The translations under genes were made by a program, and so were the position numbers. A stretch of 64,000 nt of DNA. It comes from Nitrospirota bacterium. GTDB lineage: Bacteria > Nitrospirota > UBA9217. The notes beneath the pieces are model-generated. The model made no database searches. It worked only from the letters and a program-made list of their open reading frames with translations, and was not told the DNA's origin. Where the stretch lies: the NCBI GenBank assembly GCA_963818475.1, contig CAWFSF010000006.1, positions 288,001-352,000 on the forward strand, written 5' to 3'. Positions 63,114 to 64,000 of this stretch are shown here, piece after piece. Numbering within the stretch: position 1 is the first letter of the stretch; each line of letters starts with the position of its first letter.

Positions 63114-64000
63114 TTAGAACTCCATGGGATAATCATGGAAGGGATCGGAGAGTTCGGAGCCGGCAATGGCGATATATTCCTTCACAAACTCGACAATCTC
63201 CTTTTTCCGGCCTGATTCTGAGCAAAGGTCGGTCATGTCGTTAATGTACTCGTTCAGTCGGATACAGGCCTGTTTCAGGTCCTGGATCTCGTGAATCGCC
63301 TGTTGTTCCGACAGATGCCAGAAGTCGTTGATAGGCGTGAACCGGGGATTATAGAACACCGATGCGTGCTCGTCTTCGAGCGCGGCTGCCTGCTCCTTGA
63401 GCGACGCTATATAGAGTTTCAGCTTTTCGTCCGGCAGCGTGTCGAGCGCGCGGGTTTCCGAAGCGACCCATTGCATCTCAAGTTTGAGGAGGGTGGCAAG
63501 GTCTTTATCTGCATAGGCGGCGGTCACCTTCTTCATTAATTCTTCTTTTCGCTTCTTTTCCGCAAAGTCCATTTCCGTGTCCGGGTGCAGGGCCTTTGCC
63601 AGGGAAAGGTAAAGGCTTCGCATACTCTTGAGCTGATGTGCTTCCTCTTTTTGCCGCAGCTCTTCCTTCGCAAGTTGTTTCTTCGATTTATACTTTCGGG
63701 AAAAAGGTTCTTCTCGTTGATTATCGCTGCTCTTGAACTCGTCACGCATGCGCCTGATGAAACGGGCGAATTCCTCGGGAGTATCTCCCATTGAGTCCGG
63801 ATCGATGTCCATGTCGAAGGCGTCCTTCGCGTGTTCCGCGAACGCCCGCTTCATGGCGTTCTGCTGACTTTGAACTTCCTCGCGATAATTCGATTCCGAC
63901 CAGGCATTATAAAACACTTCGGTCTCCTGGTCAGGCTCCACATGGGCGAACGCTTCATCGCACAGGAGGAGGATAACCTTGCGCACATTGTCTGCCTGAC
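63114..64000 (-). CDS. J-domain-like (HPD motif) hypothetical protein, 5' truncated by the window edge
   Basis: RSLYLSLAKALHPD..ELMKKVTAAY; frame open to the window end. Confidence 0.7.
   Translation of the reverse strand, partial: QADNVRKVILLLCDEAFAHVEPDQETEVFYNAWSESNYREEVQSQQNAMKRAFAEHAKDAFDMDIDPDSMGDTPEEFARFIRRMRDEFKSSDNQREEPFSRKYKSKKQLAKEELRQKEEAHQLKSMRSLYLSLAKALHPDTEMDFAEKKRKEELMKKVTAAYADKDLATLLKLEMQWVASETRALDTLPDEKLKLYIASLKEQAAALEDEHASVFYNPRFTPINDFWHLSEQQAIHEIQDLKQACIRLNEYINDMTDLCSESGRKKEIVEFVKEYIAIAGSELSDPFHDYPMEF

Overview
A 64-kb, moderately GC-rich bacterial chromosomal segment. Gene content suggests a Nitrospirota- or Deltaproteobacteria-like organism (inference only). Many genes, including housekeeping ones, are split by single-base frameshifts, which most likely are long-read consensus errors. 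Core content: fabF, DUF4912 plus a GH57 branching enzyme, glcD, an L,D-transpeptidase, two diguanylate cyclases, an HD phosphohydrolase, a PAS hybrid kinase, transketolase, a full nuoA-N operon with fused NuoCD, FKBP, plsC, nagZ, hpt, a pilC-pilB-CARDB-pseudopilin cluster, HDAC, AMMECR1 and ispB. Three accessory patterns stand out. (1) Small endonuclease-cassette elements (GxxExxY and DUF559 genes bounded by characteristic inverted repeats) and their empty or internally deleted shells occupy 9 of 12 nuo gene junctions. The DUF559-type palindromes also lie inside nuoG. (2) Diverged copies of gene termini are stacked at three loci (lysE 5' end x3, hpt 3' end x3, pilB 3' end x3) and bracket cargo such as TA pairs, type I R-M remnants and an IS481-like element, with no integrase in the window. 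(3) An integron-type cassette cluster lies at the right end, with a group II intron 5' fragment inside an attC site. No rRNA, tRNA or CRISPR array was seen.
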